DNA of 64,000 nt from positions 1,024,001 to 1,088,000 of the forward strand of contig NZ_JAQNDL010000003.1 of the NCBI RefSeq assembly GCF_028368995.1, in the 5' to 3' direction. A program made the position numbers and the translations under genes. This document shows positions 37,724 through 47,137 of the stretch, in pieces. Positions within the stretch are counted from its first letter, which is position 1; each line of letters opens with the position of its first letter. This stretch comes from Nannocystis bainbridge. Lineage in GTDB: Bacteria > Myxococcota_A > Polyangia > Nannocystales > Nannocystaceae. The notes beneath the pieces were generated by a model. The model searched no databases. It saw only the letters and a list, made by a program, of their open reading frames with translations, and was not told the origin of the DNA.

Positions 37724-40700
37724 ATGGTGCGTGACGACGACAGCCCGGGCTCGCGCGTCTCGGTCGGCTCGGACACCATGGTCGCCGATACGCTCGAGCA
37801 TTCGGCGTCCGCGGCGAGCACGCCGTCGCCCACCCTCGCGGAGCTCGACGACCGCTCCGGGACCGTCGGCCTGGCCTCGCCGCCGCCCGGCCTCGGCGAT
37901 CCGCTCGGCAAGGATCTGATGCGCCGGGCGCTGTTCCCCCGCCGCGCGCAGCCGGTCCGGATCGGCCGCTACACGGTGCTCAAGCTGCTCGGCGAGGGCG
38001 GTATGGGCGTGGTGTACGCCTGCTTCGACGATCAGCTCGACCGCAAGATCGCCGTCAAGATCTTGCACCTCGCGCGCGTCCGCGACCCCGAGCTGTCGCG
38101 CGTCCGCCTGCTGCGCGAGGCGCAGGCGATGGCCCGCCTGTCACACCCCAACATCATCACCGCGTTCGAGGTCGGGCAGGCCGGCGAGCAGGTCTACGTC
38201 GCCATGGAGTTCATCCGCGGCGCCACCCTCGACGCCTGGACCGCGCAACCTCGCAGCTGGCGCGAGGTCGTCGCCGCGTTCGTGCAGGCGGGGCGCGGGC
38301 TCGAGGCGGCGCACCGGGCCGGGCTGGTGCATCGCGACTTCAAGCCGCAGAACGTGATGATCGACGAGGACGGGCGGGTCAAGGTGCTCGACTTCGGCCT
38401 CGCGCGCGGCCAGGACAGCGCCGAAGACGAAGCGGAGCCGCTGCCGCCGAGCCCCGGGGCGCTGCTGCAGCGGCCGCTCACGCGCACGGGCGTGATGCTC
38501 GGGACGCCGGCGTACATGCCCCCCGAGCAGCGCGCCGGCCTGCCGGCGACTGCGGCGAGCGATCAGTTCAGCTTCTGCGTCGCGCTCTATCAGTGCCTCT
38601 ACGGCGGGCTGCCGTTCGCGACCGACAACTTCGGCGTGCGCATCGAGGACGTGCTGGACGGCCGCGTGATCCCGCCGCCGCCGCGCAGCCCGGTGCCGGC
38701 GCGGGTGTTCAAGGCGCTGCGGCGCGGGCTGACGGCCGCGCCGGCCGGGCGGTTCGGTTCGATGACCGAGCTGCTGGCGGCGCTGCAGCGCGACCCGGCG
38801 GCGCTCTACCGCCGCGTCGGCGCGCTGCTGGGCACGGCCGCGGTCGCCGGCGCGGTCGGCATCTACTTCGCCGGCGGCTCGGCGCTCGCGCCCTGCCCCG
38901 ACGCGCGCGCCGAGCTGGCGGGGATCTGGGACGAGGACCGCGCCCAGGCGGTGCGCGACGCGATCGCGGCGACCGGCTCGCCGCGCGCCGGGGAGGTGCT
39001 CGGGCTCGTCGAGCCGGAGCTGGAGCGCTACGCCGACGCGTGGTCGCGCATGCGCAACGACGCCTGCATCGACCACGCGCTCGGTCGCCAGTCGGCTCAC
39101 ATGTTCGACCTGCGGACCTCGTGCCTCGACCAGCGCCGCGCCGGCCTCGCGGCCACCGTCGAAGCGCTCGCCACGGCCGAGGCCAGCCGCCTCGCCGAGC
39201 TGCGAGCCGCCGTCGGTCACCTGCCGCCGCTCGACGCCTGCGCCGACATCACCGTCCTGACCGCCGCGATCGCCCCGCCCGCGGATCCGCTGCTGCGCGT
39301 GCGGGTCCAGCGGCACCGCGAGGCGCTGGCGCGGGCGCAGGTCTACGAGCACACCGGGCAGCAGGACCGCGGGCTGCAGATCGTCGGCGACGTGCTGGCC
39401 GACGTCGAGGCGGCCGGCTTCGAACCACTGCTGGCCGAGGCCCACCTGCGCCGCGGCAGCCTCGAGATGCAGGGCGGCGACTCGGCCGCGGCCGAGCGCT
39501 CGTTCGACGCCGCGCTGTGGGCCGCGTTGGCCACCGGCCACGGACCGGTCGCGGCCCAGACGAGCTCGCGCCGCGGCTTCTTGCGGGCCGTCCGGCTCGA
39601 GCGACCGGCCCAGGCGCTGGCCGACCTGCCGCTCATCACCGCGCTCAACCGCCGCGTGCAGCACGACGTCGAGCTCTACAGCGAGTACCTCAATTACGCC
39701 GGCACGATCCACGCGACCGCGGGCGACTGGGCCGAGGCGCTGCGGCTGTCCGAGCAGGCCGTCGCGCTGCGCGAGCGACACGGGCGCCTGGCCACGCCGC
39801 AGGGCATCGGCATGCTCTTCAACGTCGGCCTGATGCACCGCGAGGAGGGCCGCTACGAGCAGGCGCAGCCGATCCTCGCGCGGGCGATCGCCCTCTCGGA
39901 CGAGATCCTCGGGCGCCAGCAAGCGGAGCGCACGTTGTTCGAGGTGGTGCTCGCGCTCAACCTGCAGAGCCTGGGCCGACCCCGCGCCGCGCTCGAGGTC
40001 CTGCGGCCGCTGCTGCGCAACCTGGGGGTCGTCGCCAGCAAGGAGTATCGCAAGCTGGCCCTCGCGGTCGCCGGGATGATCGCGCTCGCCGACGGCGACG
40101 CGGCGGCGGCCCGGCGCGACCTCGAGGCGGCGCGCCAGACCAGCCCGGAGCACTTCAACTTCCTCTACTGGCTCGAGCTGATGCGCGCGGCCGCGGCGAC
40201 CGGCGATCCAGCCGCGATGCAGTCTGCCAGCGACGCGGCGCTGGCCCTGGTGACGCGGCCGCTCGACCTCCACGATTTCAACTATCAGGACTTCCTGCTG
40301 GCCCACGGCCGCGCGCTCGGCTCGCTCGGTCGCGCCGGCGCGGCCGTGCAAGCGCTCGAGCGGGTGAAGGAGGCCCTCGCCGAGGCGACAGCCCCCCGCG
40401 ACCTTCGTCGTCGCGCCGCGGTCGCGCTCGAGCTCGGCAAGCTGCGCGCGCGCCTCGACGCGCCGGCGGACGCCGAGCGCGAGCTGCTGGCCGCGCGCGA
40501 GGATCTCGATCGAGTGCTGCCGCCCCGCAACCTCGAGCACGCCGAGGTCCGCCTCGCGCTCGGCGAGCTGGCGCTGCAGCAGCGCCAGTTCGCGGCGGCC
40601 CTCACGTGGCTGAAGCAGGCGGAGTCGATCTACGAGGCCGTCGCCGAGCCCGACTACACGCCGCTCGCCCAGGCCCGCTTCGCGTCGGCGCGGGCGCTGA

Positions 40701-40831
40701 CCGGCGACGCCGCGGCCGCTCCGACCGCCGCACGCGAGGCGGCCCGGCGCGCCCTCGCGGCCCTGCGCGCCCGCTCGCGCGACGCGGCGGCCGAGGCCGT
40801 CACGGCCTGGCTGGCCGAGCACGGCGAGTGA
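37724..40831 (+). CDS. Ser/Thr protein kinase with TM and C-terminal TPR array
   Basis: GEGGMGVVY, HRDFKPQN, DFG, GTPAYMPPEQ, SDQFSFCVAL. Ala/Leu-rich TPR-like repeats. Confidence 0.92.
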   Translation: MVRDDDSPGSRVSVGSDTMVADTLEHSASAASTPSPTLAELDDRSGTVGLASPPPGLGDPLGKDLMRRALFPRRAQPVRIGRYTVLKLLGEGGMGVVYACFDDQLDRKIAVKILHLARVRDPELSRVRLLREAQAMARLSHPNIITAFEVGQAGEQVYVAMEFIRGATLDAWTAQPRSWREVVAAFVQAGRGLEAAHRAGLVHRDFKPQNVMIDEDGRVKVLDFGLARGQDSAEDEAEPLPPSPGALLQRPLTRTGVMLGTPAYMPPEQRAGLPATAASDQFSFCVALYQCLYGGLPFATDNFGVRIEDVLDGRVIPPPPRSPVPARVFKALRRGLTAAPAGRFGSMTELLAALQRDPAALYRRVGALLGTAAVAGAVGIYFAGGSALAPCPDARAELAGIWDEDRAQAVRDAIAATGSPRAGEVLGLVEPELERYADAWSRMRNDACIDHALGRQSAHMFDLRTSCLDQRRAGLAATVEALATAEASRLAELRAAVGHLPPLDACADITVLTAAIAPPADPLLRVRVQRHREALARAQVYEHTGQQDRGLQIVGDVLADVEAAGFEPLLAEAHLRRGSLEMQGGDSAAAERSFDAALWAALATGHGPVAAQTSSRRGFLRAVRLERPAQALADLPLITALNRRVQHDVELYSEYLNYAGTIHATAGDWAEALRLSEQAVALRERHGRLATPQGIGMLFNVGLMHREEGRYEQAQPILARAIALSDEILGRQQAERTLFEVVLALNLQSLGRPRAALEVLRPLLRNLGVVASKEYRKLALAVAGMIALADGDAAAARRDLEAARQTSPEHFNFLYWLELMRAAAATGDPAAMQSASDAALALVTRPLDLHDFNYQDFLLAHGRALGSLGRAGAAVQALERVKEALAEATAPRDLRRRAAVALELGKLRARLDAPADAERELLAAREDLDRVLPPRNLEHAEVRLALGELALQQRQFAAALTWLKQAESIYEAVAEPDYTPLAQARFASARALTGDAAAAPTAAREAARRALAALRARSRDAAAEAVTAWLAEHGE

Positions 40832-40941
40832 ACGCACCGCCCCACGCGCGCAGCGGAGTCATCCATGCTCGACCCGCGAACCTCGTCGCGTCGTCACCTC
40901 GCTCGCCTTGACTCTCCACCCGAGCAAGTCACGGTTCGGAC

Positions 40942-41220
40942 ATGGACCCGCACAAGCGAACCAAACCCTCGCACGACGACACCGATCGTGACCGTGGCGG
41001 ACCGAACACCGGCCTGAACCAGGTCAACCCCAGCGACACCCCTCGTACCCGCGAGGACGGCCAAAAGGGCCACCAGGGCGGTGAGCCGCACGACGTCCGG
41101 CCGAGTCAGCTGCAGCCGAACCGCGACCGCCAGAACGACGGACACCGCGACCTCGGCTTCGACGCCTTCGATCCGCGTGAGATCCGCCGGCGCGGTACGG
41201 ATACGCAGGGCAAGCCGTGA
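40942..41220 (+). CDS. Small hydrophilic, probably disordered protein
   Basis: 92 aa, rich in D/R/G/Q/P, GC3-rich codons. Confidence 0.55.
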   Translation: MDPHKRTKPSHDDTDRDRGGPNTGLNQVNPSDTPRTREDGQKGHQGGEPHDVRPSQLQPNRDRQNDGHRDLGFDAFDPREIRRRGTDTQGKP

Positions 41221-41332
41221 GCGGCCCCCTCGCCGCGACCCCGCGTCCGTGACGGACGCGCGAGCCCTGGCCCGCGCGTCCGTCACGTCGCCGATCGCCG
41301 ACGACCGCCGCCGCCTCGCGCATGAACCGGGC

Positions 41333-42373
41333 ATGCGCGCTCGCATCGGCGTCCTCCTGGGCCTCCTGCTCTGCGGCTGTGCCGAGAGCCTCACCCGTCG
41401 CATGGTCCCTGCCGCGCTCGACGAGGGCGTCGGCTTCTTCGAGGACCCCGAGTCGCAGCGCCGCATCGAGCGCCTGATGCTCGACCCGCAGGTGCAGCAC
41501 GCCGCGCGCGAGCTCAGCAAGTCGATGGTCGGCGGCGTCGTCGACGCGGTGACCGACGACGCCCGCCAGGCCGAGCTGCGCGAGGCCTCGACGAAATACA
41601 TCGAGGCCGTCGCCGGCGCCGCCGCTCGCAGCCTGCGCAGCGACCTCGGCCCGGCCGCGGCCGAGGCCGCCCGCCACGCTGTCGCCCAGGTACTGGCCGC
41701 CGGCCTGTCCCCGGAGACACGTCAGGACATGCGCGCCCTGGCCCAGTCGTTGACGCAGGCGACCGTCGACGGCCTGATGGAGTCGGCCGGCCGCGGCCTG
41801 CGCCACCAGCTCGGCCCGGCCGTGCGCGCGGTGATCGAGGACGATCTCGGCCCGAGCCTGCGCACGATGATCGCCCGCGACGTCGCGCCGAGCCTGCGCC
41901 AGGCGCTGGCGACCGAGCTGACCCCGGCGCTGGCTCTGGCCGCGCGCGAGGTGACGCACCAGATCGTGATCGGCGGCCACGACGGCCTCGAGGAGCTGCG
42001 CTTCCGCGAGCGCGCCGGGCAGTTCCAGGTCGATTTCTGGAGCCGCCTCGACGGGCTGCTCCACAAGGGCATGCAGCTCAGCGCGCTCGTGGCGTGGGGG
42101 CTCGGCGCGGTGGTCCTGGTGCTGGCGATCCTGTTCGGTCGCGCGATCGTCCTGCGCCGCCGCCTCGACGAGGAGCGCCTCCGCAGCGAACGCATGCTGC
42201 TCGGGGTGATGCACGGCCTGCAGCAGGGCAGCGACAAGCCCGACATCGAGGCCTTCCTCGCCCACCTGCGCGAGCGCGACCCCGACCTCGCCGACGAGAC
42301 CTTCATGGAGAGCCTGGCCCGCCGCGTGTCCCAGCCCGGCGGCCGCCCCGGCCGACCCCGCCGCCGGCTCTGA
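41333..42373 (+). CDS. Helical lipoprotein with C-terminal TM segment
   Basis: LLLCGC signal, repeated LGP/VAP helical units, TM LVAWGLGAVVLVLAILF. Confidence 0.75.
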   Translation: MRARIGVLLGLLLCGCAESLTRRMVPAALDEGVGFFEDPESQRRIERLMLDPQVQHAARELSKSMVGGVVDAVTDDARQAELREASTKYIEAVAGAAARSLRSDLGPAAAEAARHAVAQVLAAGLSPETRQDMRALAQSLTQATVDGLMESAGRGLRHQLGPAVRAVIEDDLGPSLRTMIARDVAPSLRQALATELTPALALAAREVTHQIVIGGHDGLEELRFRERAGQFQVDFWSRLDGLLHKGMQLSALVAWGLGAVVLVLAILFGRAIVLRRRLDEERLRSERMLLGVMHGLQQGSDKPDIEAFLAHLRERDPDLADETFMESLARRVSQPGGRPGRPRRRL

Positions 42374-42376
42374 GCA

Positions 42377-42520
42377 TGTCCCTTCGGACATGTTTAATCA
42401 GAGGCCCGCCGCCATGTGTCACATGTCCATCAGGACATGTGACGCATGATCGATTGCATCGAGTCCCATGACCCCGCCGGCGACGATTCACATGGCCTCT
42501 CGGACATGTCCATGGAATCA
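42377..42520. repeat. Cluster of 14-bp palindrome units with a long hairpin
   Basis: Perfect units at 42377 and 42424, degenerate units at 42493 and 42507, 36-bp near-perfect inverted repeat at 42413-42448. Confidence 0.85.
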
Positions 42521-42684
42521 CGACGAGCGACGCCTCGCGCTCGCCTCCCCGATGCCGGCGAGCCGCCCCCGAGCTCCGTCGATCCTCGCAGCCTCGCCGC
42601 GCAGAGGCTCACCCACCGGCTCCGGACGGCGTTTGCAGCGAACGCTTGCGCGCGGTGATGCCGGCATGCACCTTCATCGGGCCC

Positions 42685-45600
42685 ATGGCGCTTCGCACGG
42701 CCCGGTCGCCCCGCCTGCTCTCGTTTTCGCGCCGCGCCACGATCGCGGCCCTCGCGGTGCTGACGGGCGGCTGCGGGGGAGACGACGCGTGCGGGTCGCT
42801 CGCGGCCCTGTGCGCCGGCGAAGCGCGCGGGCTCCAGCTCGCCACCCGGGTCACGGGCGCCGTCGCGGTCGACCTCGACGGTGACGGCGTGGTCGAGATG
42901 GTCGCGACCGGCGACCATCTGGGGCGGCAGCTCGTCGTCGGCAGCCGCGGCGGCCGGCGCTCGAGCGTGACCTTCGAGGAGATCCCGGGGCCCGTCGTGG
43001 CGCTGGAGCGCGAGTTCGCGGTGCTGTTCCCTGGCGCGCAGCGAGTGGCGATCTTCGGCCTCGACGGCGACGGGCGGCTCGAGCGACGGCGGGACATCCT
43101 GCTGGCCGATGCCCCGTCCGGGCTCGTCAGCGGCGATCTCGACGGCGACGGCCGGCGCGAGCTGGTCGTGACGATGCGCCAGCTCGGCACGGTCGCGGTG
43201 ATCGATCCACGGACCGGCGACATGCGGACCTACCCCGCCGGCAAGTTCCCCACCGGGCTCGCGCTCGGCGACGTCGACGGCGACGCGCACCTCGACGTCG
43301 TCGTCCTCGGTCGCGCGGCGCTGCAAGTGCTGCGCGGCGGCGGCGACGGCACGCTGAAGCCTCGGCGCGCGAGCCCGGCTCCGGACGACATGACGACGGT
43401 GGTGCTCGCCGATCACGACGGCGACGGCGACCTCGACGCGCTCACGCGCGGCTCCATAGAGGCCGTCGAGCTGCACCGCAACGACGGCGCGGGCCGGTTC
43501 TCGAGCCCCATCTCGCTGCCGTTCGGCGCCACGCAGCTGAGCGGCGCCGGGCTGGCGGCGGCGCCGGTCACCGCCGCGGGCCTGGCCGGCGTCAGCGTCC
43601 CGGGCGGCAGCGTGCTCACCACCTGGTTCGGCAAGGGCGCGACCTGGCTCGGGCACAGCGACGTGATGCTGCACCGCGAGTCGACCTGGGTCGGCGGCGG
43701 CACGGACAGCGGGCTGCTCGTCGGCGGCGAGGGGTTCGTGACGCCCTACGCGTACGCCCGCGGCCGGCTGCCGGTCGAGATCGGGCAGGCGGGGGATATC
43801 CACGTCACCGATGACGAGCGGGTGCTGGCGACCGGCGATCTCGACGGCGATCACCTGCTCGACGTCGTCGCCGCGGGAGCGGGGCAGGTCGGGGTGTTCA
43901 GCGGCCGCGCCGAGCCCGGGCTGCAAAAAATCACCTCGTGGTCGAGCTCGACGACGTGGGCGCTGACGATCGCCGAGCTGACCGGCGACGGCCGCCCCGA
44001 CGTCCTCGTGATGGGTGAGCAATGGCTGGCCGTCGCCATGGGCGGCGAGCTCGGGCCAGCGCCGCCGCAGGCGCCCGAGATGGTGGATGCGACGGCGCGC
44101 GAGTTGACGCCGCTGCGCACGGGGCCGGACACGCCGGCCGTCGTGGTCGCCGTGGCCGCCAACCACGCCGTCCTGCCGGCGGTGCTCGCTCCGGCGGTGC
44201 TGCTGCGATTCACCGGCGACGGCCATCTGCTTGACGAGCGTGTGCTCGGCGAGGGGCTCGCCGCCGCCCGGGTGCTCGCAGTCGACTTCGACGACGACGG
44301 CGTCGACGAACCATTGATCCTGGGCAAGCGCGACGGTGCGATCGTGCTGGTGCACGCGAGCCCCGACGGCGACGGTTACAGCCTCGGCGCCGAGCACGAC
44401 CTCGCGGCGCTGTCGGGCGTGCCCGCGGAGAAGTTCTACATCGATCGCCTGGCGGTGGGGGACCTCGACGGCGACGGCGCCCCGGAGGTCGTGGCCTCGT
44501 CGTCCGAGGGCGCGGTGGTGGTGTCGGGGCTGGCCGACGACGCGCCGACAGCGACCGTGTCGTCCGAGCTCGGCGTGCCGACCCACCTGCGCGACCTCGA
44601 CGGCGACGGCCGGCTCGACTCGGTCGCGCTCGGCAGCTACAGCTACGGCTTCCGGCGCGGGCTCGGCGACGGCCAGTTCGACGACTCGCAGGCCCCTGTG
44701 GCGATCGCCGGCGGCGCCGTGATCGAGCTGGCGGCCCGACCCGACGCGCAGTTCGACATGGTCACGCTCGGAGGCGCCGGGCTGCGGATCCACCTGCTCC
44801 GCGACGTCATGCGCCCGGCCGAGGCCGACCAGCCGTTCAACTTCCTCGGGCCGGTCGCCGAGCTCGCGTCCGCCGACATCGACGGGGACGGCCACGACGA
44901 CCTCGTGACCGCGTGCCGGCTGGAGAGCGGCGGCGTGGCGGTGGTGTGGGGCAGCGAGGACGCCCGCCTGGACCGCAGCGACGGCGAGAACGGCAGGAGC
45001 GAGAACCGCGGGCTCGCGATCGGCGATCTCGACGGCGACGGCCTGCCCGAGGTGCTTTCGGCGGCCAGCGGTTACTGGGTCCGGATCCACGACGTCGGCC
45101 GCGAACCCGCGGGCAAGTACGCGTCCCTGGACTTCCTCCACTCGCTCGAGCGCGCCGAGGACCTGGCGATCGACGACGTCGACGACGACGGCCTGCCGGA
45201 CATCCTCGCGCTCGCGTACGCCCGCGAGCCGGAAGAGCAGGTGATCCTGTACGTCGCGTACGGCACCGAGCGGCTGAAGTTCGCCCCGTGGCAGCCGGTG
45301 GCGGCGGTGCCCGGGCTCAAGCGGGGCGGGCTCGAGGTCGGCGACGTCGACGGCGACGGCGGGCTCGATCTGCTGATCCGCGCGCCCGTGGAGCACCCAT
45401 CCCTGCTGCTCCGGTCCCAGGGGCCGCGCTCGTGGACCGAGCCGCAGGCGCTGCCGGGGACCACGGCGCTGTTCGGCCCGCGCGACGCCGACGGGCGCGT
45501 CGAGCTCGTCTCGCACGAGGGCACGACGGTCTACCGCCACGTCGACGGCGACCCCGCCCGGCGGGTCGCGCTCGTGCAGCACGAGCTGCTGGTGGAGGGC

Positions 45601-45831
45601 GCGCTGCGGCAGGTCGGCGACGCTGACGGCGACGGTCGCTACGACCTCGTGACCACCGGGCCCGGCGCCACCTATGTGTGGCCGCTCGGCGACGGCGAGC
45701 CGAGGCCGATCGAGCTCTTCGACGAGAAGCTCGCCGCGGTCCAGTTCCCCGACATCGACGGCGACGGCCGCCCGGACATCGTCGGCCTGGACACCCAGGG
45801 CCGGATCGTCGTCCGCACCAGCCGCCGGTGA
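42685..45831 (+). CDS. FG-GAP/VCBS-repeat protein, paralogue of 21342..24458
   Basis: DxDGDG repeats and colinear shared blocks (DGVDEPLILG, EHDLAALSGV, FPDIDGDGRPD). Start uncertain. Confidence 0.9.
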   Translation: MALRTARSPRLLSFSRRATIAALAVLTGGCGGDDACGSLAALCAGEARGLQLATRVTGAVAVDLDGDGVVEMVATGDHLGRQLVVGSRGGRRSSVTFEEIPGPVVALEREFAVLFPGAQRVAIFGLDGDGRLERRRDILLADAPSGLVSGDLDGDGRRELVVTMRQLGTVAVIDPRTGDMRTYPAGKFPTGLALGDVDGDAHLDVVVLGRAALQVLRGGGDGTLKPRRASPAPDDMTTVVLADHDGDGDLDALTRGSIEAVELHRNDGAGRFSSPISLPFGATQLSGAGLAAAPVTAAGLAGVSVPGGSVLTTWFGKGATWLGHSDVMLHRESTWVGGGTDSGLLVGGEGFVTPYAYARGRLPVEIGQAGDIHVTDDERVLATGDLDGDHLLDVVAAGAGQVGVFSGRAEPGLQKITSWSSSTTWALTIAELTGDGRPDVLVMGEQWLAVAMGGELGPAPPQAPEMVDATARELTPLRTGPDTPAVVVAVAANHAVLPAVLAPAVLLRFTGDGHLLDERVLGEGLAAARVLAVDFDDDGVDEPLILGKRDGAIVLVHASPDGDGYSLGAEHDLAALSGVPAEKFYIDRLAVGDLDGDGAPEVVASSSEGAVVVSGLADDAPTATVSSELGVPTHLRDLDGDGRLDSVALGSYSYGFRRGLGDGQFDDSQAPVAIAGGAVIELAARPDAQFDMVTLGGAGLRIHLLRDVMRPAEADQPFNFLGPVAELASADIDGDGHDDLVTACRLESGGVAVVWGSEDARLDRSDGENGRSENRGLAIGDLDGDGLPEVLSAASGYWVRIHDVGREPAGKYASLDFLHSLERAEDLAIDDVDDDGLPDILALAYAREPEEQVILYVAYGTERLKFAPWQPVAAVPGLKRGGLEVGDVDGDGGLDLLIRAPVEHPSLLLRSQGPRSWTEPQALPGTTALFGPRDADGRVELVSHEGTTVYRHVDGDPARRVALVQHELLVEGALRQVGDADGDGRYDLVTTGPGATYVWPLGDGEPRPIELFDEKLAAVQFPDIDGDGRPDIVGLDTQGRIVVRTSRR

Positions 45832-45890
45832 CGGCCGCCCGGACATCGGCCAGATCTTTGTCCGCACCAGCCGCCGGTGACGGCCGCCCG
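45811..45890 (+). repeat. Local duplication of the FG-GAP gene 3' end
   Basis: GTCCGCACCAGCCGCCGGTGACGGCCGCCCG at 45811-41 and 45860-90. Confidence 0.85.
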
Positions 45891-45903
45891 CCTCCGAAGG
45901 GCG

Positions 45904-46055
45904 TGTCCGCGTCGGCATGTCCTCGGAGCCACGTTCGCGGGGCGCCCCGCCCCCGCGCCTCGGTCTTCTCATGTCTTCAAGGACATGATCTCGAGAACAT
46001 GCCCTCGAGAACATGCCCTTCCAGACATGCCCCTTCGGGCATGTCCCTCAGAACC
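45904..46055. repeat. Phased tandem arrays of 14-bp TG...CA units (2 + 6 units)
   Basis: Two units at 45904-45931 and six contiguous units at 45972-46055, with CATG every 14 bp. Confidence 0.9.
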
Positions 46056-46989
46056 GGCCCTGCAGCACGAGCCCGGCCCCGCCGCGCAGCCAGGTCGGCG
46101 CCAGGCCGAGCTCGCGGCGGGCCCGCTGCTGGCCGGCCGCGCCGGCGCCGATCAGGCCGATGCCGGTGACCACCAGCACCCCGCCGGCCACCGCGGTGGC
46201 GATCGCCAGGGTGTTGGCGACGGTGCCCTGGTCGAGCAGGTCGCGATAAACAGTGGGGTCGGTGACCCCGTCGGCCTTGGCGGCCTCGCCGTCGCGGTCG
46301 ACGCGGGCTCCGCGGGCCAGGCCGAAGGCCATCACGCCGAGGGCGATCGCGCCGGCGCCGGTCAGCGCGCCGCCGGCGATCGTGAGCCGGCGCGAGCGCT
46401 TGGCCTCGCGCTCGGCGGCCGCGCGCCGGGCCTCGGCCTCGCGCGACGCGCTGGCTTTCTCGGCCGCAAGGCGGGCCTCGGCCTCGCCGTCGTCGCGGCC
46501 CTCCGCGGCCTCGGTGGCGGCCTTCTTCTCGGCCGCCTCGCGCGCCTCGGCGTCGGCGATCTTCGCCCGCAGCTCGTCGAGCGTGCCCTGCACCTTGGCG
46601 GTCGTGGTCGTGTCCTTGGCGCTGATCGTCTTGAGGTAGTTGTCGAACAGCCGCTCGGCCTTGCGCAGGTACACGAGCTGCGGGTCGAGCTCGTACGCCT
46701 CGACGCACGCCTGGGCGATCTGGTAGGCGAGCACGTTGCGCCGCTTGTCGTACGCGGCCTCGTTCGGCAGCGCCGCGTAGGCCTGCGTCCACAGCTCGAT
46801 CGCGCCGGCGTAGTCGGCCGTCTCGAAGCGCGTCTGCGCCTCCTGCGCGAGCGCGCTGATCTTCGCGTTGAGCTCGTCGCCCGCCTTCGTGGGGGCAGCC
46901 GCGCCAGCCTCGGGCACCGCTGCCGCGAGGGTCAGCGCCGCCGCGAGCCCCGCGGCCAAGCATCGCCGCCCGTGCCTCGCCATCGCCAT
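46048..46989 (-). CDS. Exported TPR protein with C-terminal hydrophobic hairpin/beta region
   Basis: Signal peptide, DYAGAIELWTQAY TPR, ends GAGLVLQGRF. Confidence 0.8.
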   Translation of the reverse strand: MAMARHGRRCLAAGLAAALTLAAAVPEAGAAAPTKAGDELNAKISALAQEAQTRFETADYAGAIELWTQAYAALPNEAAYDKRRNVLAYQIAQACVEAYELDPQLVYLRKAERLFDNYLKTISAKDTTTTAKVQGTLDELRAKIADAEAREAAEKKAATEAAEGRDDGEAEARLAAEKASASREAEARRAAAEREAKRSRRLTIAGGALTGAGAIALGVMAFGLARGARVDRDGEAAKADGVTDPTVYRDLLDQGTVANTLAIATAVAGGVLVVTGIGLIGAGAAGQQRARRELGLAPTWLRGGAGLVLQGRF

Positions 46990-47072
46990 AAGCGGCCTCG
47001 ATACTATGCCGGCGGCCGCCACGGCGACAAGGCTCAGTTCCGCGCGAGCGCGCCGGCGGGACGTTGACCGCG

Positions 47073-47100
47073 TGTCTTTTAGGACAGGTCCGTGCGGACG
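47073..47100. repeat. Two phased 14-bp units in a divergent intergenic region
   Basis: TGTCTTTTAGGACA followed by GGTCCGTGCGGACG. Confidence 0.7.
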
Positions 47101-47137
47101 TTGCACCGTCGGCACTTCCTCGTCGATACTGCCGACG

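Noticed and set aside
45981-46046. Match of junction decamers to the p53 half-site RRRCWWGYYY
   Set aside because: Bacterial DNA. Isolated copies keep TGTCC-N4-GGACA with CCTG/CAGG flanks, so the decamer is a by-product of abutting units.
45972-46055. 14-bp arrays as a CRISPR array
   Set aside because: The period is far too short, there is no repeat-spacer alternation, and no cas genes are in the window.
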